Numbered from the stretch's first letter, positions 1 through 12,700 are shown. The stretch is DNA of 64,000 nt from Phyllosticta citribraziliensis (GCF_038025025.1 NW_027117353.1:496001-560000), one strand, 5' to 3'. Made by a program: numbers and translations. Notes: generated by a model not told the origin, from the letters alone.

Positions 1-1320
1 TTGGCCCTCCGCATCCACGCCGCCCCGGAAATGCTCTACCATTACTTCAGAAGGCTCCGTGAGGAGCAGGGTGTTTTAAAGCTTTCCGACAGCAAGGACG
101 CCGGCGCCTCGTGCGCGTTGCAGGCTTCGGCCGTTCAAGGGCAGGAGCTCTTCCTGGCGCAACAATTGCGCAGCGCTGAATGGTCCAGCTGGGAGGACGT
201 GACTGCCAGGGGAGAGGGGAAGATGGCACAGCTCGACGCCGTCATCTCGTACATGCACGCGCCCTTCAAGGATAAGCTCGCCCCGATGCGTATGGCATAC
301 CATGATGGAAGGCCCGTCTACAGTTTGATGATGGCCCAAGACTTCTACAAGAATGCGAGGATCTCTGACAAGCGCCGCCGCGATGTGTCCCTCAGCCCTG
401 AGCCCTCCAACAAGGACGACCACACGGGACAGCAAGCCAAGCGGATTTGCACTTCTCCAACCCAGCTCCTGTCCACGGCGAAGGTACGGAAAAGGACCAG
501 GCTTTCCTTAACCATGCCCAAGAACCCTTATGTGTCGACTTCGGATCCAGCCCATCCTCGAGGCAAACCGCCAGGACCCAACCCGTCCAACGCAGCTGAA
601 GCGAAGACCACCCCCATGAAGCCACCCGCCCCCGTCAAGCCTAAGCCATTTAACGCGTATGTCCCCAAGCACGTCAAGGCGAAGACTACCATGCCCGGCC
701 CCGTCAAGCCTGAAGTATCTAACGCGTATATCCCTAAGCACGTCGAGGCGAAGACCACCATGCCCGGCCCCGTCAAGCCTGAAGTATCTAACGCGTATAT
801 CCCTAAGCACGTCGAGGCGAAGACCACCATGCCCGGCCCCGTCAAGCCTGAAGCATCCAATATGGAGCAGCGTCAGTTTCCCACAACCCACCCTGGTGGC
901 AACCCCCTAGGGCTTGACCTGTCCACCGTGGAAACCACAAAGACTGCCGTCAACACCCCCACAAAGCCCAATGACGTTGCAAAGCCGACCGCTGCGGAAC
1001 AGCAGGAGGACCGAGCTCCCGAATTGGAGCGGCCCGCGCTATGGAGCTCACGGCGGCGCCTTTTCAAAACGAGCAAAACACCATCGGCGTCTGCGTCGTC
1101 CATGGTGGGAGATGTCGCCCAGCCCTCGTCAGGTCCAAGAAAGACTCGGAGTCTGTTTGATAGCCATGCCTCGTCGTCATTCCTGGCGGGTCTCGCCAAG
1201 AAGGAGGCTGATATGAACGAAAAGGCCAGAACAGATCAGGCGGCGACAGCCATCCCCAAGATAAGACGGACGCTTTTGAAGAAGGCCGGACTGCGCTCGG
1301 TGCTCTCCATCAAAAGCTAA
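1..1320 (+). CDS. Hypothetical low-complexity Pro/Lys/Thr-rich protein, 5' end outside the window; possibly the front of a longer degraded gene
   Basis: 439-aa open frame running off the window edge, with an internal 23-aa repeat. A -1 frame continues past the stop to ~1520 and, after one TAG, to 1772. Confidence 0.4.
   Translation: MALRIHAAPEMLYHYFRRLREEQGVLKLSDSKDAGASCALQASAVQGQELFLAQQLRSAEWSSWEDVTARGEGKMAQLDAVISYMHAPFKDKLAPMRMAYHDGRPVYSLMMAQDFYKNARISDKRRRDVSLSPEPSNKDDHTGQQAKRICTSPTQLLSTAKVRKRTRLSLTMPKNPYVSTSDPAHPRGKPPGPNPSNAAEAKTTPMKPPAPVKPKPFNAYVPKHVKAKTTMPGPVKPEVSNAYIPKHVEAKTTMPGPVKPEVSNAYIPKHVEAKTTMPGPVKPEASNMEQRQFPTTHPGGNPLGLDLSTVETTKTAVNTPTKPNDVAKPTAAEQQEDRAPELERPALWSSRRRLFKTSKTPSASASSMVGDVAQPSSGPRKTRSLFDSHASSSFLAGLAKKEADMNEKARTDQAATAIPKIRRTLLKKAGLRSVLSIKS
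600..860 (+). repeat. 69-bp coding tandem repeat, ~3.5 copies (PVKPEVSNAYIPKHVEAKTTMPG)
   Basis: CCCGTCAAGCC recurs at 631, 700, 769 and 838. Confidence 0.9.
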
Positions 1321-1411
1321 CCGACACGCTGCCCGATGGCAGCGCGATGAAGCAGCGCCCCCCAATACCTCCGCGTACTTCGTCCAGATTTGCCGTCTCC
1401 GGCTTGAAGTC

Positions 1412-1508
1412 GGGCGCCACCAATGTGCCTCGCTCCTCTCGGTCCATGCTCACCAACGAGGGCGCCACCAATGTGCCTCGCTTCTCTCAGTCCATGCTCA
1501 CCAACGAG
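1412..1508 (+). repeat. 48-bp tandem repeat x2, with a partial third copy at ~1894
   Basis: GGGCGCCACCAATGTGCCTCGC...CATGCTCACCAACGAG at 1412 and 1460; GGGCGCCACCAACATGCCTCGC at 1894. Confidence 0.85.
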
Positions 1509-1757
1509 GACAACAAGGAATAGAGCTCTCAGAAGCCAGTCCCCGCCCCAACCGAGCCAACTATGTCCAAGCAGGACCCAGCCAAGACCACCAAGTCCAA
1601 GCAGGACGAAGAGGCTACAATCGACCAGGGCGGCAAGACTGCCAGTGGTGACGAGAGGGTCGTGCCAGAAGCGACGTCTGCGCCTGATCCTGCTCCTCCC
1701 CAGGTCCATGATGGATTGATGCATGATGAAGTAAGATGGCGCGAAGCCGACAGACAA

Positions 1758-2891
1758 GCGCGCCTCGACTGAAGCAGTAAGTCGTCGTCCGGATAAGCTG
1801 CAGTCGTCCAGGCGAGCTGCAGCTGAAACGACGCGAGGAGACTGCTTGGTGTTGTTACACAAGACCACCGACAATGCAAGACCAGCCCACCCAGGGCGCC
1901 ACCAACATGCCTCGCCGGGACCCCAGCACCGACACTCAGTACGATATGATAGCGGCGAATGGCGTCGCGCGCGGTATTTCACCGTTGATCCTGGCAGTGC
2001 TCGCCGAGCACAGCGTCCTCAGTGAACAGTTCATGACGGACAATCTCCACTTTGCGGACAGGGTTAGGAAATGGACGGACTTTCCTCTTATCTCGCCAGC
2101 TTCATCAATCACACTGATTGAGCTTCACCGATTTGCCTCTGTCGTGGGCGCTCACTGACAGGCAAAATTGCCGGTGTGACATGGAACACCCGTCACCATG
2201 ACTACGACACCCACCGCTCGATTCCAAGGACTGTCCCAGGTCTCAAACTCGACGATTTTCATCTTCTCTTTCCCGTGGTCCACGCTCTCTGACAGGCGAA
2301 ACTGCCGGAGCGAGAAAGGAACAGCTTCGAAGACTGCTGTGGGACGACGATGAACACTTTGCTTTGCCTGTCCGCCTGTCGAATCGACACGTCCCGTACT
2401 GCGAGGCAAGACGGGCAGTCATGGCCAAGACCTCGTGACGTTCGTCCTGACCCAGCATCAATTTCCTTGGAGGCGGCCAGGCATCTTCTCTAATGGTCTT
2501 CTCCAATTTACACCCCGAGCCCGTCCAGATCCCATTTGCTTTTCTGGTAGCTCTTCAATTATTCACGGTCCTTTCTTAGCACAAGCCCTCTCCGTCACGG
2601 AGACTGCCACTCAATACAACAAAGACGACTCGTCTATGGCCCGGCAGTCAACCACCTCGGATCGAAATTCCTTAATGCTCCTTCTTCACGATTTTCTTTC
2701 AGCTCTAGTGCTTTTACGACTTTTGCGTCTCTCTCACGGATTTGGTCTCTCCGCAATGGAGAGAGTATCAGGCAGAACCTGACCGGTATGGAAGTCGGTT
2801 TTCTTGTGTAACAACACCAAGCAGTCTCCCGTCGCGTCGTCTCAGCTACACTTCGCCTGGACGACGTCTCGCCGCTTCAGTCAAGGCGCGC
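1758..2891. repeat. Imperfect ~100-bp inverted repeat (arms 1758-1864 and 2802-2891)
   Basis: Exact 28-bp core GGAGACTGCTTGGTGTTGTTACACAAGA (1837-1864) is the reverse complement of 2802-2829. Flanks align with mismatches and an indel. Confidence 0.85.
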
Positions 2892-3497
2892 GTCTCAATA
2901 AGTTCAGGACTCATCGGCAGTTGGCACCGGATACTGCTCTCCCTGGCGGCTAAGCAGCAGTTTCAGCAGTATATTGACAGCTCTCAAAGTAGCCTCGAAT
3001 GGAGTCCTCAGTTCTCTCATCTTACTTCGTCAATGGAACTCTCGTCCGAAACTTTCGCCGCCAAACTGGTAGCTTGGAGACTAGTCCCTGCTGCACATTA
3101 GTGACGGACATGGATAGAGGTTAGAACTGTCCGTTAGGTAGCCAATAGCAGGTAAATGGATTGACTCTTAATTGAAATGATTCTCCCACGCAGATGACTT
3201 TCTATTTTCGCAGCGTACCTGGAGGTTGACTACACATCCATTCAAAAGTGGGGTGGGCGGTCTCAGCCTTGTCCTTGTGGAGCCCCAGTAAGTGAGCTGC
3301 ATGCTGCCGCAGCCACAGAGGCTTTGCGTTGCAAGGCTGATCTTCTGCTCTGCAGCCTCGCACCAGCGCAACGCTCACGAATTGTTTAAGACTGAATACT
3401 TTTCAGCTCTCCCCGCCGTTGTTTGCCGTCTGGATCCATTTTCAGGTAGCACAGAAACAGCATCGTGCGATTCAAACAGCAACAGAAAAGCTCCGTC

Positions 3498-4730
3498 ATG
3501 AGCCAAGACATCAACACCACCACCTCCTCCTCCGCCACGACGAGCCTCCCCTTCCCAAGACAAGACCAACTAACGCCCGACCTCGACGTCCTCCTCACCA
3601 CCGCGCCCGACTCATGGAAAGACGTCCGCCTACCCAGCCAACCGCGCATCCGGCTCGCGCCCGCGCCAGCGCTGTGGGCGTACCTGGAGGCCGAGTTCGT
3701 CGCCGCGCCGCTCGAGCAGCTGGCGCCGCACCTGTGGCTCATGTCGACGCAGTCGTCGGCCAACATCTCGCCGCTGCACCGGCAGCGCGTCAAGCGGCGC
3801 GACATTGTGCTGACCGAGGACCCGCGCCTGCACCTGGTGTGGCACGACGAGCGCATCTTCGTCAAGCCGCTGCCGCCGTATCTGCTCAGCGCGGCGTTTT
3901 GGGAGAAGGTGTTGGTGGCGCCGGGGCCGTGGGAGGGCGAGGAGGGCGAAGAGGAGGAGCAGGGGCAGCATAACGGTGCGTCGTCATCGCCAGCAGCACA
4001 CCCACCCGCCTCCAACAACACCAGCAAAGTCGATCAAGCCCGCCGCCGCCGCCGCCGCCGGCGAAGGCAGCAGCAGCAGCGCATCACGCGCGCCGCGCTC
4101 GGTTTCCTGCGCACCTACACGCACCTCATCCAGCACCCATCCGACCTCACCATCGCGCACTCGCACGCGCTGCTCCCGTCGACCATCACCTACACTTCCT
4201 TCTCCGACTTCGCAGCGCACCTCTCGCGCATCCCGGACAGCGCCGTGTCGCCGCGCTACGCGTACGGCGAGCTGCGCCTGTCGCGGCTCAACGTGTACGC
4301 CAAGCTCTTCCTGCGCCGCTGGTACTACTTCCGCCTGTGGCCGCAGTACGGCACCTACTTTGCGCAGTTCTACGCGCCGGTGCTGTTCGTCTTCGGCGTG
4401 CTGAGCGTCGCGCTGGGCGCCATGCAGGTCGAGACGGCGGCCGAGGGCCTGTTTGCCGGCGGCGACGACGACAGTGGCAACGCGGCGCTGTGGGTCGCCT
4501 TCTGGCACCTGTGTCGCTGGTTCAGCGTCGCCAGCCTGGCGCTCGTCGCCCTGATCGCCGTCGTGCTGCTGGTGCTGCTGCTGTGGCGGTTGTGGGCCGA
4601 GTGGAGTTTTGCGCTGAGGGAGCGGTGGCGGAAGAGGGGCGAGAGGAGGACGGGGAGGCGGAGGGGGCTGTGGGACGGTGAGGATGGGGATGGGGATGAG
4701 GACGACGCGTTTGTGAAAGGTGTCGTGTAG
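3498..4730 (+). CDS. DUF6601-like fungal membrane protein (two C-terminal TM helices)
   Basis: Single-exon ORF with the motifs HLWLM...PLHRQRVKRRDIVLTEDPRLHLVW..RIFVKPLPPYLLS, ALGFLRTY and RY.YGELRLSRLN; hydrophobic C-terminal segments. Confidence 0.75.
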   Translation: MSQDINTTTSSSATTSLPFPRQDQLTPDLDVLLTTAPDSWKDVRLPSQPRIRLAPAPALWAYLEAEFVAAPLEQLAPHLWLMSTQSSANISPLHRQRVKRRDIVLTEDPRLHLVWHDERIFVKPLPPYLLSAAFWEKVLVAPGPWEGEEGEEEEQGQHNGASSSPAAHPPASNNTSKVDQARRRRRRRRRQQQQRITRAALGFLRTYTHLIQHPSDLTIAHSHALLPSTITYTSFSDFAAHLSRIPDSAVSPRYAYGELRLSRLNVYAKLFLRRWYYFRLWPQYGTYFAQFYAPVLFVFGVLSVALGAMQVETAAEGLFAGGDDDSGNAALWVAFWHLCRWFSVASLALVALIAVVLLVLLLWRLWAEWSFALRERWRKRGERRTGRRRGLWDGEDGDGDEDDAFVKGVV

Positions 4731-5500
4731 GAGAGGTTGACCAGGCAGACACCACATCAACCCGCCGATGCTTGCTGTGGGATGTTGGGAGGCGCTTCAG
4801 AAGTGAACTGCACGTGCGGAGGAGGACTTGATGGAAGAGAAGAATCACGCATTCCATCTAAGCTTTTCCGCGGCTCCCAAGTCAAAACAGCTGAGAAACA
4901 ACAGCAGCAGCAGCAAGCAGGAGACAGCGGCCCAGAACAAAGAAGAACCAGAACAGCAAAAGCCACACGGCGTACATATGTAAATGAAATGAAAAGAGAG
5001 AGCGAAGTCAGGTTGCCCGATCCAATTCCTCTTATACCTTCGCACTACACTCGTCGTCCGTCTGTTTGTCTGTCTGTAGCCTACAGTACAGTACTTTGTA
5101 GCTGCTACCTATATAACGTAGCTATACCCATCGCGTGCGCGTGATTCCCGTCCCATCCTATTGCCATTCCCATTCCCATGATCGTATGTCCTACATTTCG
5201 ATTGCAGGCCAGTAGTAGTAGAGAAGAAAAACGAAAGAAAAGAAATTCGAAACCTCAACGCCATCAAACACCAAGCGACCAAGCGACCAAAGGAGCACAC
5301 ATCAATACCGTTCCGAGTCCATTTCCAGGCAGTCCCTTTGGTACGTTCGTTTGTTTTGTTCGACACAACCACGACCTTCGCCGCCGCCGTCATTTCGACG
5401 ACGATGGCAGAATCAATGGCTCGACAAGAGACACTTGTCTTTCTTCCGTAGTCATGAAATTACAGAGGAGAAGCAAGGGTGAAAAAAAGAGTACAATCAA

Positions 5501-8500
5501 TCACGCAAAGATCTTGGCGCCCTCGGGCTCGCCGTCGCTCTGACTAACGTATCCAGCGTCGCCCTCATCACTCGTGACCGTCTCGTGCATGCCAACGAGC
5601 GTCTTGCTGACCGTGACGCACGTCTGCACGATTCGGCCCTTGGTCCTGGTGGAGAGTCCGCTGCGGCGGCCGGCTTCGCGGCCGATCCAGACGCGCACCG
5701 AGCCCGCCACGCGCTCGAGGCCCTGGCGCGACTCGGCCAGCAGCGCCGAATCGTCCGAGAAGGCGACGAGCACCTTGTAGGCGGCGACGAAGGAGAGGAG
5801 CGTCAGACGTGCCTCGGGGAGGAACGTGTTGTTGACGACAAAGGTCGAGCGCATGCGCGCTTCGTCTGACCCCGAGAGCATGTACTCCTTGGCCAGCGCG
5901 AGGCACTTGACGAGCGTCAGCGACTTGCGCACGTCGGCGGACATGGGATCCTCGTCGGCCACGTTCATGAGCATGGCGCGTGGGGAGAGGCGGTCTTTGA
6001 GAGCGGGAATGTGCGGTTGCGAAGGAAGGGCATCAAACGCCGCAATGATGCTGGCGTTGCGGTCCTTGGATATGAGGATGGCGCGGGCAACGAGTGCCCG
6101 GACGTGGGAGAAGGAGTTTGATGGAGCGGTGCGAATCGCAAGGTCGAGGTCCGCCGTGACTGATTTGCTCGGGGCAGCATTGTTGGACTCGAGATACTGC
6201 GCGAGTGCGCGGTTAAGCACGAAGCTAGAGAACCAGGCCGCAAGAGCATCTAATGGCGAGGAAATGGCAAAATCCTCGACGACGCTGTCCATGGCTTCAT
6301 CGGGGTCGGTGTTCTGCGCACTTGGCTTGTTCCACGCCAGGTTGTAGGCTCTCTGCACAATCTTGTCGACCATGACATCATCGCACTGGAGCTCCAACAG
6401 GGCAGCAAGATGGTCCGGAAGCTTCTCCGTGGGCTCGCCCTTGGCAGACCACGAGTTTTGGAGATTTTGAGCCTTGGTCCAGCAGCTGCGGGCAATCTTG
6501 GCGCTGATTTCATCAAACATGTACCACGATCCGTAGCCTGCATTGGCAACTTCCCAGAGCAGGACCCGGACGTGCATGGCCTTGAGCATCAGGCGAGCCG
6601 GCGTGTCCGGAAGCGTGCCCGACGCCATAATGGTCAGGACCAACCGACCCTTGTTAATCTCAGCGTCGCCGCCGGTGAGCTGGGCGTCCAAGGCAATGTC
6701 CCATGCCTTGACACGAGCAGCTTCGTGGTCTTTGGTGGTGCCTGTGAGATATGCGTACCCGTCCCAGCCGACGATATTCCGCAGGCTGAGCTTCAGTGCC
6801 TTCAAACTGACAGCAGCAGCCTCGAGGAAAAAGTTGTGACGGGGGACCCAAACAGTCTGGATCGCCGTCAGCCACGCCTTGCGGCGCACCTCGACGGGCG
6901 AAGCAGGCGACGGCGCCGGGCTCAGCTTGATGAGGGCAGCCTTCTTCTTGGCCTTGGGCTTAAAGTCCAAGAACGGCAGAATTAGGTAAACAAAAGCAGC
7001 AAGAACGAGAAACAGCTTGACCAGGGGCAACGACTTGTAGAGAACCGAAAGACCCGACGAGGCGAATCTTGGCACCAGCGCTCCGCCGTAGCGGCCGAGC
7101 AGATTGACAGGCAGAGCAAAGAGACAGCGGCCCTCGGGATTTTCTCCCGACGACTCCCGTTCCCGCCATCCCTCGACGACCATGAGGCCGGCGAGGGAAC
7201 CAACCATGAGTTTGTTCATCATTTGGTTTCCGCGGCGGTTGACCATCGGTTGCTGTTGATTCGCACCCGAGCGGCCTTGAGCGGTGGTGTACATTGGGAA
7301 ACCATTTGCTTGGCTGACGTAGTGATTTTGAGCCGCCATGGCCTGCTGTAGGTTGGTGATGCTTTCGGGCACCGGAATCATGCCCTGTGCCTGAGTGACG
7401 GGCTGTCCACGAGCAGCTGCAGCAGTAAAAGGGTCCTCCTGATAACGCATTCCATCTGGAGTCGTCGCTGCTTGCGCCATGCCCATTGGTCCGCTCATGG
7501 CGAATTTGTCGTACGACTCCAAGCGGGCCTTGAGGGCGTCGACCTCTTCTCCGAGGCGCTTATTTCGCTTCTCCAAGTGGCGAATGTACTCCGTGGCCTT
7601 GGACAGGACGGTGGCCTTGTTGAGCTTGTGTGCAGGCGTCAACCCTTCGAGATCCTCATGGTCGTCGTCCTCGTCCCCGGCACTGTTTGTCCTCGACATG
7701 ACTCGCAGGCTGGGCACGCTATCACGCAGGGCAGCAATCTTATCATTCAGGTTGGTGCGATATCGCTTTTCAATCATGTTGTGCGCAGCCTTCTTCACTG
7801 GCGGCTGCTTTCCATTCTGTTGCTGATCGCTGCTTTCGTCCTCGGTGGAGGACTTGCGCTTCTTGGTGGGTCCAGAGAGGGGTTCAGGCGATGATTGATT
7901 CGACGAGGAGCTCGTCTTGGGATCTGTGACGGAGCTCGGGCTGTGCTGGAGGCTCGGGGTCGACTGAGGTGGCGGAGGAGCGCCATTCATTTGCATTTGC
8001 TGCTGGTCGAACGGCAACGGCGAAAACAAGCCATCCTCATTTTGCTCGAGGTGGTCGTTCTCGGTCCACACCGGGTTCTCCGCATATGATTGCGGGTTGA
8101 TCGGTTGTCCTTGGTTGGACATGGGCGATCTATTCTGGTTGTCGAACTGGAATGCGTGCGAATTCTCCATGCTCTGTCCGAATGTGAAGTGGATGTTGGG
8201 GCCACGGGCAGGGTCGGCAGGCATTTGGGGCGAATCGGCTTGCTGGTCAAATGCGGGCGTCTTGACCTCGGCCTTGAGGTACTGGGGTGGGATGGGGCCT
8301 TCGGGTTCCTTGGTGGGGTATTGGGATTGCGAGTGCGGATCCCATCGCATCCATTCCTCCCAGTTGGCCTGCTGGAAGGCGTCGGCAGTCTGCAGCGACA
8401 GGTCGTCGGGGGTCGAGGCTAGCCAGGGAGCACGCATGGCGGTGCCAAAGGGGAACTCGGTGGACATGATTGGGTCCTCGAGCTTGGAAGAGTCAATTGG

Positions 8501-8721
8501 GGAGTCGGAGTTGGCGGGGTCGTCTTCAGGGCGAAAGTCGTCGAATACGCAATAGGGCCCAACCTGCAAAGCCGGATCGGCAATTAGCGGCGCCCGCACA
8601 CATGTCCAGATTTACGGCGCGCGGCAGCGTGGCCGGCGCGTGGGCGCCAGGAACGTACGGCAACATTCTCGAGAGCCAGGACATCGTCGAGGACGCCGCT
8701 GGGCTCGGCAGGGTCCTTCAT
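5501..8721 (-). CDS. sre1: Sterol regulatory element-binding protein (SREBP, Sre1/SrbA-like bHLH-ZIP with TM segment and C-terminal regulatory domain)
   Basis: Basic region HNMIEKRYRTNLN carries the SREBP-specific Tyr, followed by HLH LNKATVLSKATEYIRHLE, a TM stretch and a long C-terminus. Proposed exon 1 is 8721-8659 (MKDPAEP...ENVA), then a GT-AG intron 8658-8564 and exon 2 8563-5501. Confidence 0.9.
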
Positions 8722-9052
8722 GTCGGAGTCGTTGCGGGGATGGTGGGGGAAAGGGAAGGGGGCGAGGCGTCGAGGCTGAAAGGAGTGGAATCAAAGAGAG
8801 GAGGGTCTTACCAGAGAGTCGAGATCAGGGTCACGGCATGACAAACGGCAGGCGGCAGCGGTGATGCGATGCGGAGGGTCGGAGCGCTGGCACAGAGTCA
8901 GCGGGCGGTCATACGGTTCGAGGAGGGTGCAGCAAGGGTGGTGAGAGGAACGCGGCGCAGCGGAGCGCACTCACCAGGATTGGCGGTGCAAAATTGCGCG
9001 GGCGGAGTCGCAGCGCTGGTTTGGGCAGGGGATGAAGCGGGACAGAGTAGAA

Positions 9053-9278
9053 GTCGTATGATTGATGTGACGGGTCAGGCCACTGCTGCGCTCGGTGGCG
9101 ACGCTGGCGGGATGCGCCGCCGTGCTGCGTGAGATGGTGTGGCCGTGTGCGACGACGCGAGGCGCTGCAGCGAAGGAAGCAGACGGACGGCGGAGAGGAG
9201 CGGACTGGTCAACGATGGGGTGGTCGACGTCGTCTGGTGGACGATGGGTGGTGGTGTTTGGTCCAAGTGCGGTGCGGG

Positions 9279-9312
<34 letters not shown>

Positions 9313-9743
9313 ACGGAAACGATGACAAGGCCAGCCCGCTGCACGCGCGGATCGAGCTTCCCTTCCCTAACACCCACCCTACCTCACCTTCAACTGCCGG
9401 CCGCGCTCTTGACTCAGCCGTCTGTCTCTCTTCCTTCGACCTCTTCTCCCGGTCGACAATTCCGCCGCCCGTTGCCGTCACGGCCCGCTGCCGCTGCGCT
9501 GAGCTGAGCTGAGGCGACCGACTGACTGTCCTCCAACACGTCGCGACTCCACCCCCCGACCTCGACGCCATCAATGAAACAAGCAACCACCAGACCTCGA
9601 CTCCCCTTCACTCCGCTCCAATCACTTGCCGCGCACTAGACCCCGCCGGATGCGACCTGTGCGAGACCTCGAGTCTCCATCGTCAAAGGACGCCTTCGAG
9701 TAATGAAACATGGCTCGTCGCTGAGGCTGAACCATCGTACGAC
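9053..9743. promoter_or_regulatory. Possible SRE-like sites upstream of the SREBP gene (ATCATACGAC on the minus strand at 9053-9062; ATCGTACGAC at 9734-9743)
   Basis: They resemble the ATCRTACGAT-type element reported for fungal SREBPs, which autoregulate. Short motifs, could be chance. Confidence 0.25.
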
Positions 9744-12700
9744 GGGGCTGTAAGCGAGCCGGTCAATCTGGCAAACACCCTCTGCGACATCGAGATCTCA
9801 CGGGGAACCGGGACGATCAATCCGACATGTCCTCCAGTTGACCGCTTGTGGGACGTGCCCTGAAACTCCTTCACGCCAACTGCCATCATCTTTGACACTG
9901 CCACCTGTTGGACAAGCACCCGCTCGGCTGGCTCCAGTTCATTCTCCCTGCCCATCAACCGGCCGTCTTTCGGAAATAAACGCGCATGCTGACGAGGCTC
10001 TGCAGCTCAAGTCCGAAACTTCAGACTACGCCCGTAATTCCCAACGCAACCACGAGCATCCAGACGAAACTAGGACTACCAACGGCCGATTGATTGGCGG
10101 GCACGCCTCCGCGGACCGTCTCGCACTGCTCCAGCGGCTATGAACCACCAGTGACTTTCGCATCCAGTCCAACGGGATCCAATCAACACTCGAAACCCAT
10201 TTCTGAATCCATAGAAACGGTCGAAAGCAAATTTTCCTCCAATGACGACGAGACAAGACGACTCTCATCGGCCGATGCAGAATTACATCTCCTGCCATAT
10301 GACGTACCGCAAAGCGCAAGCAAATTGGCCCAATCCTACCCTTTGTTGCGCGCCGGCCATGCCGACTACTCTCGAAGCGAACATCATCTCGATGTCCTGC
10401 TTCGACCAATCAACCGCCGCGTCAGCACGGACTGGACCGCACGTTTGGGACGACGCCATCATTTCGACTGCCGCAGGGCAACGGAGTTGGGTCGGACGTT
10501 GGGATGGAAAAGATTGCATTGAGTCTCGGCCGTGTGAACGAAGACAGGTTTGGGTGGTGGGAAGAGGCTGCGTTTTCAGAAGGGCACGCGTCTGGGCAGC
10601 ATCTGCGACAAACAGATCGATTCAGTAAGAGGCGACAGACGCCGGACAAAAGGAGGAAATCCACGATATGACTGCTCACCCCGAAGGCATGCAGTCAGTC
10701 CAACAGCCCAGTAGGCCCATCGGTCGACTCGCGCTCCCTCCAACCACGCACCTCACTGCCCCCATCCGCACCACCTAGCAAGAAAACAAGACTGCCAACC
10801 TAGTAGGTCGTCTCGTCTCACATCTCCCTCTCTCGTCCCACCGGCGGCGAAACGGACCGGCCGCCACCGCCTCGCGCTCGCCCACCCACCTCACCCACTC
10901 TGCCGGAACCAACCCTCGGTCCTTCTGCCTCCTCCCCGCCGCCTCGGCCGTCCGCGCGGTCTAGCCTGCTGGCTTACTTGTTCTCTCTCTCTATCCCCTG
11001 TCCGGTCCCGACGCGGCACTGCGGGAGCGGCGTCCCGTGGCGTCCCGCTTCCCCCGGCGGCTGGCCCCTTCCCCTTCCCGCACACGCGTGCATGCATGCA
11101 GGCAGGCGGGGCGTCGAGCGGGGCGGATGGGCGGGCGGGTCCGCGCTGGCGGGGTGGGAGGGCGGACGAGAAGCAGGGCGACGGATGAGCGAGAACCAGA
11201 GGCAAGGGGTGGTCGGTCGGGCATGGCATGGCATGGCGTTCGGCGGTGGTGAGTTCTGAGTGACCGAGTGGGCATGGGCATGGACATGGGCAGGTAGGTT
11301 CCATCCAGTTGGGCGGGCAGCCTGCGCCAGCGGGTAGAGGTAGGTTGCCCAGGGGTAAGTTGGGGCATGATGGGGCAGTGAGAAGACGGTGCTGGGGCAG
11401 ACAGGCAGACAGGCAGACAGGCGCGCTGTAGGAAAGCTGAACGGTAGGTGAGTTGTGTGGTTTATGCCTGCCTGCTTGCTTGCGTGTCTAGTCGAGAGAA
11501 AGTGCATCAATCCGTTTCCCCTCCTTGGTCCTCAAGGAAATCCGCAACATTAGCAACAGTAAGAAAGCTCCACGGCAGCAGCAGCAGTAGCAGCACAATC
11601 GCACGTATATACACGCCTGCTAGCCAGTCAGTCAGTCAATGCATATTGAACGAAACAACTACTCGCTCGCTTGCTTCATACCTACCTACCTACCTGTGTC
11701 GTCTGTGTCTACATCCCTATTCAGGGATGTGTGTGTAACGTCACTGACATCCCGTCTCGGTGCGCGAGAAAGCCGCCTCGTCCTGAGTTTAGTGTTTAGA
11801 CTGAATTGAAGTGAGTGTGCGTGTGGTTAGGCTGCTTGCGTCATCGCTGCTCATCTACTGAGGTAGGCAAGGTAAGGTAACGTGTCCTTCTTCATCGCGT
11901 GTCCGTTTTATGAAGGGAGGGCGGCGGAGTGAGCGAGAGCGGGAAAGGGACTTAGGAGATACAGCGCGTGCTGCTTATGTACCTTTTTACTACTCATGTA
12001 TGGCCATATCTCTACCATGTTACCACATGCATCTGTCTATCCATCTACATATATAAAGATATGTATATCTATAGTTCTTACAAGCAGCAGCAGTAGCAGC
12101 ATCCTATCCTATTCCACCCCATCTCATCCCATCCCATCCCTCCTTGTCTCATCTTCCCTATACGTACGTTCGCGCCGACGCTAGAAGGGCGGCAGCAACG
12201 AACGACTAAACTGATGAACGAACGAATAGGATCTGTATACCCACCCCTCACCCCCGTCCATGCCCCCCCATCGATTCTTCCGTAGAAAGCGCGCGCGAGC
12301 TCACACACCGACGGCGTTCAGCTCACGGGGCGCGCTACAGGGAGTAAGGCGTTGATGGCCAGCGGGGAGTGGAGGATGCAAGCAAGGAAGGGGCATGCGT
12401 CCGTAGACGTTAGACGTGAGACATCAGTGTCAGTCAGGTGTTTGGCGTGCTGGATGGTAGATGGGTAGGACGAGGCGCAGGCGCGGACGCGGACGCGGAC
12501 GCGGATGCTGCCATGGATGAATTGGTAAAGCTAGTGGACTACCTCGTCTGTCTACATATCCTGTTCACGATGCGCTGCAAATCGAAGCTGCTCTTGTTCG
12601 GTTGCGCTAGATTATTCGGCGCATCGGTCTGACTTGCGTTTGTTTGGGGTAGGAGCGGAGAGTGAAGGGCCTGAGGGAGGAGGATGGGTTTTATGGTGAG

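Noticed and set aside
600..860. CRISPR-like array
   Set aside because: Contiguous coding tandem repeat without unique spacers, in eukaryotic DNA.
2060..2069. AGGGTTAGG telomere-like/template-like word
   Set aside because: Single short match inside a degraded ORF; expected by chance.
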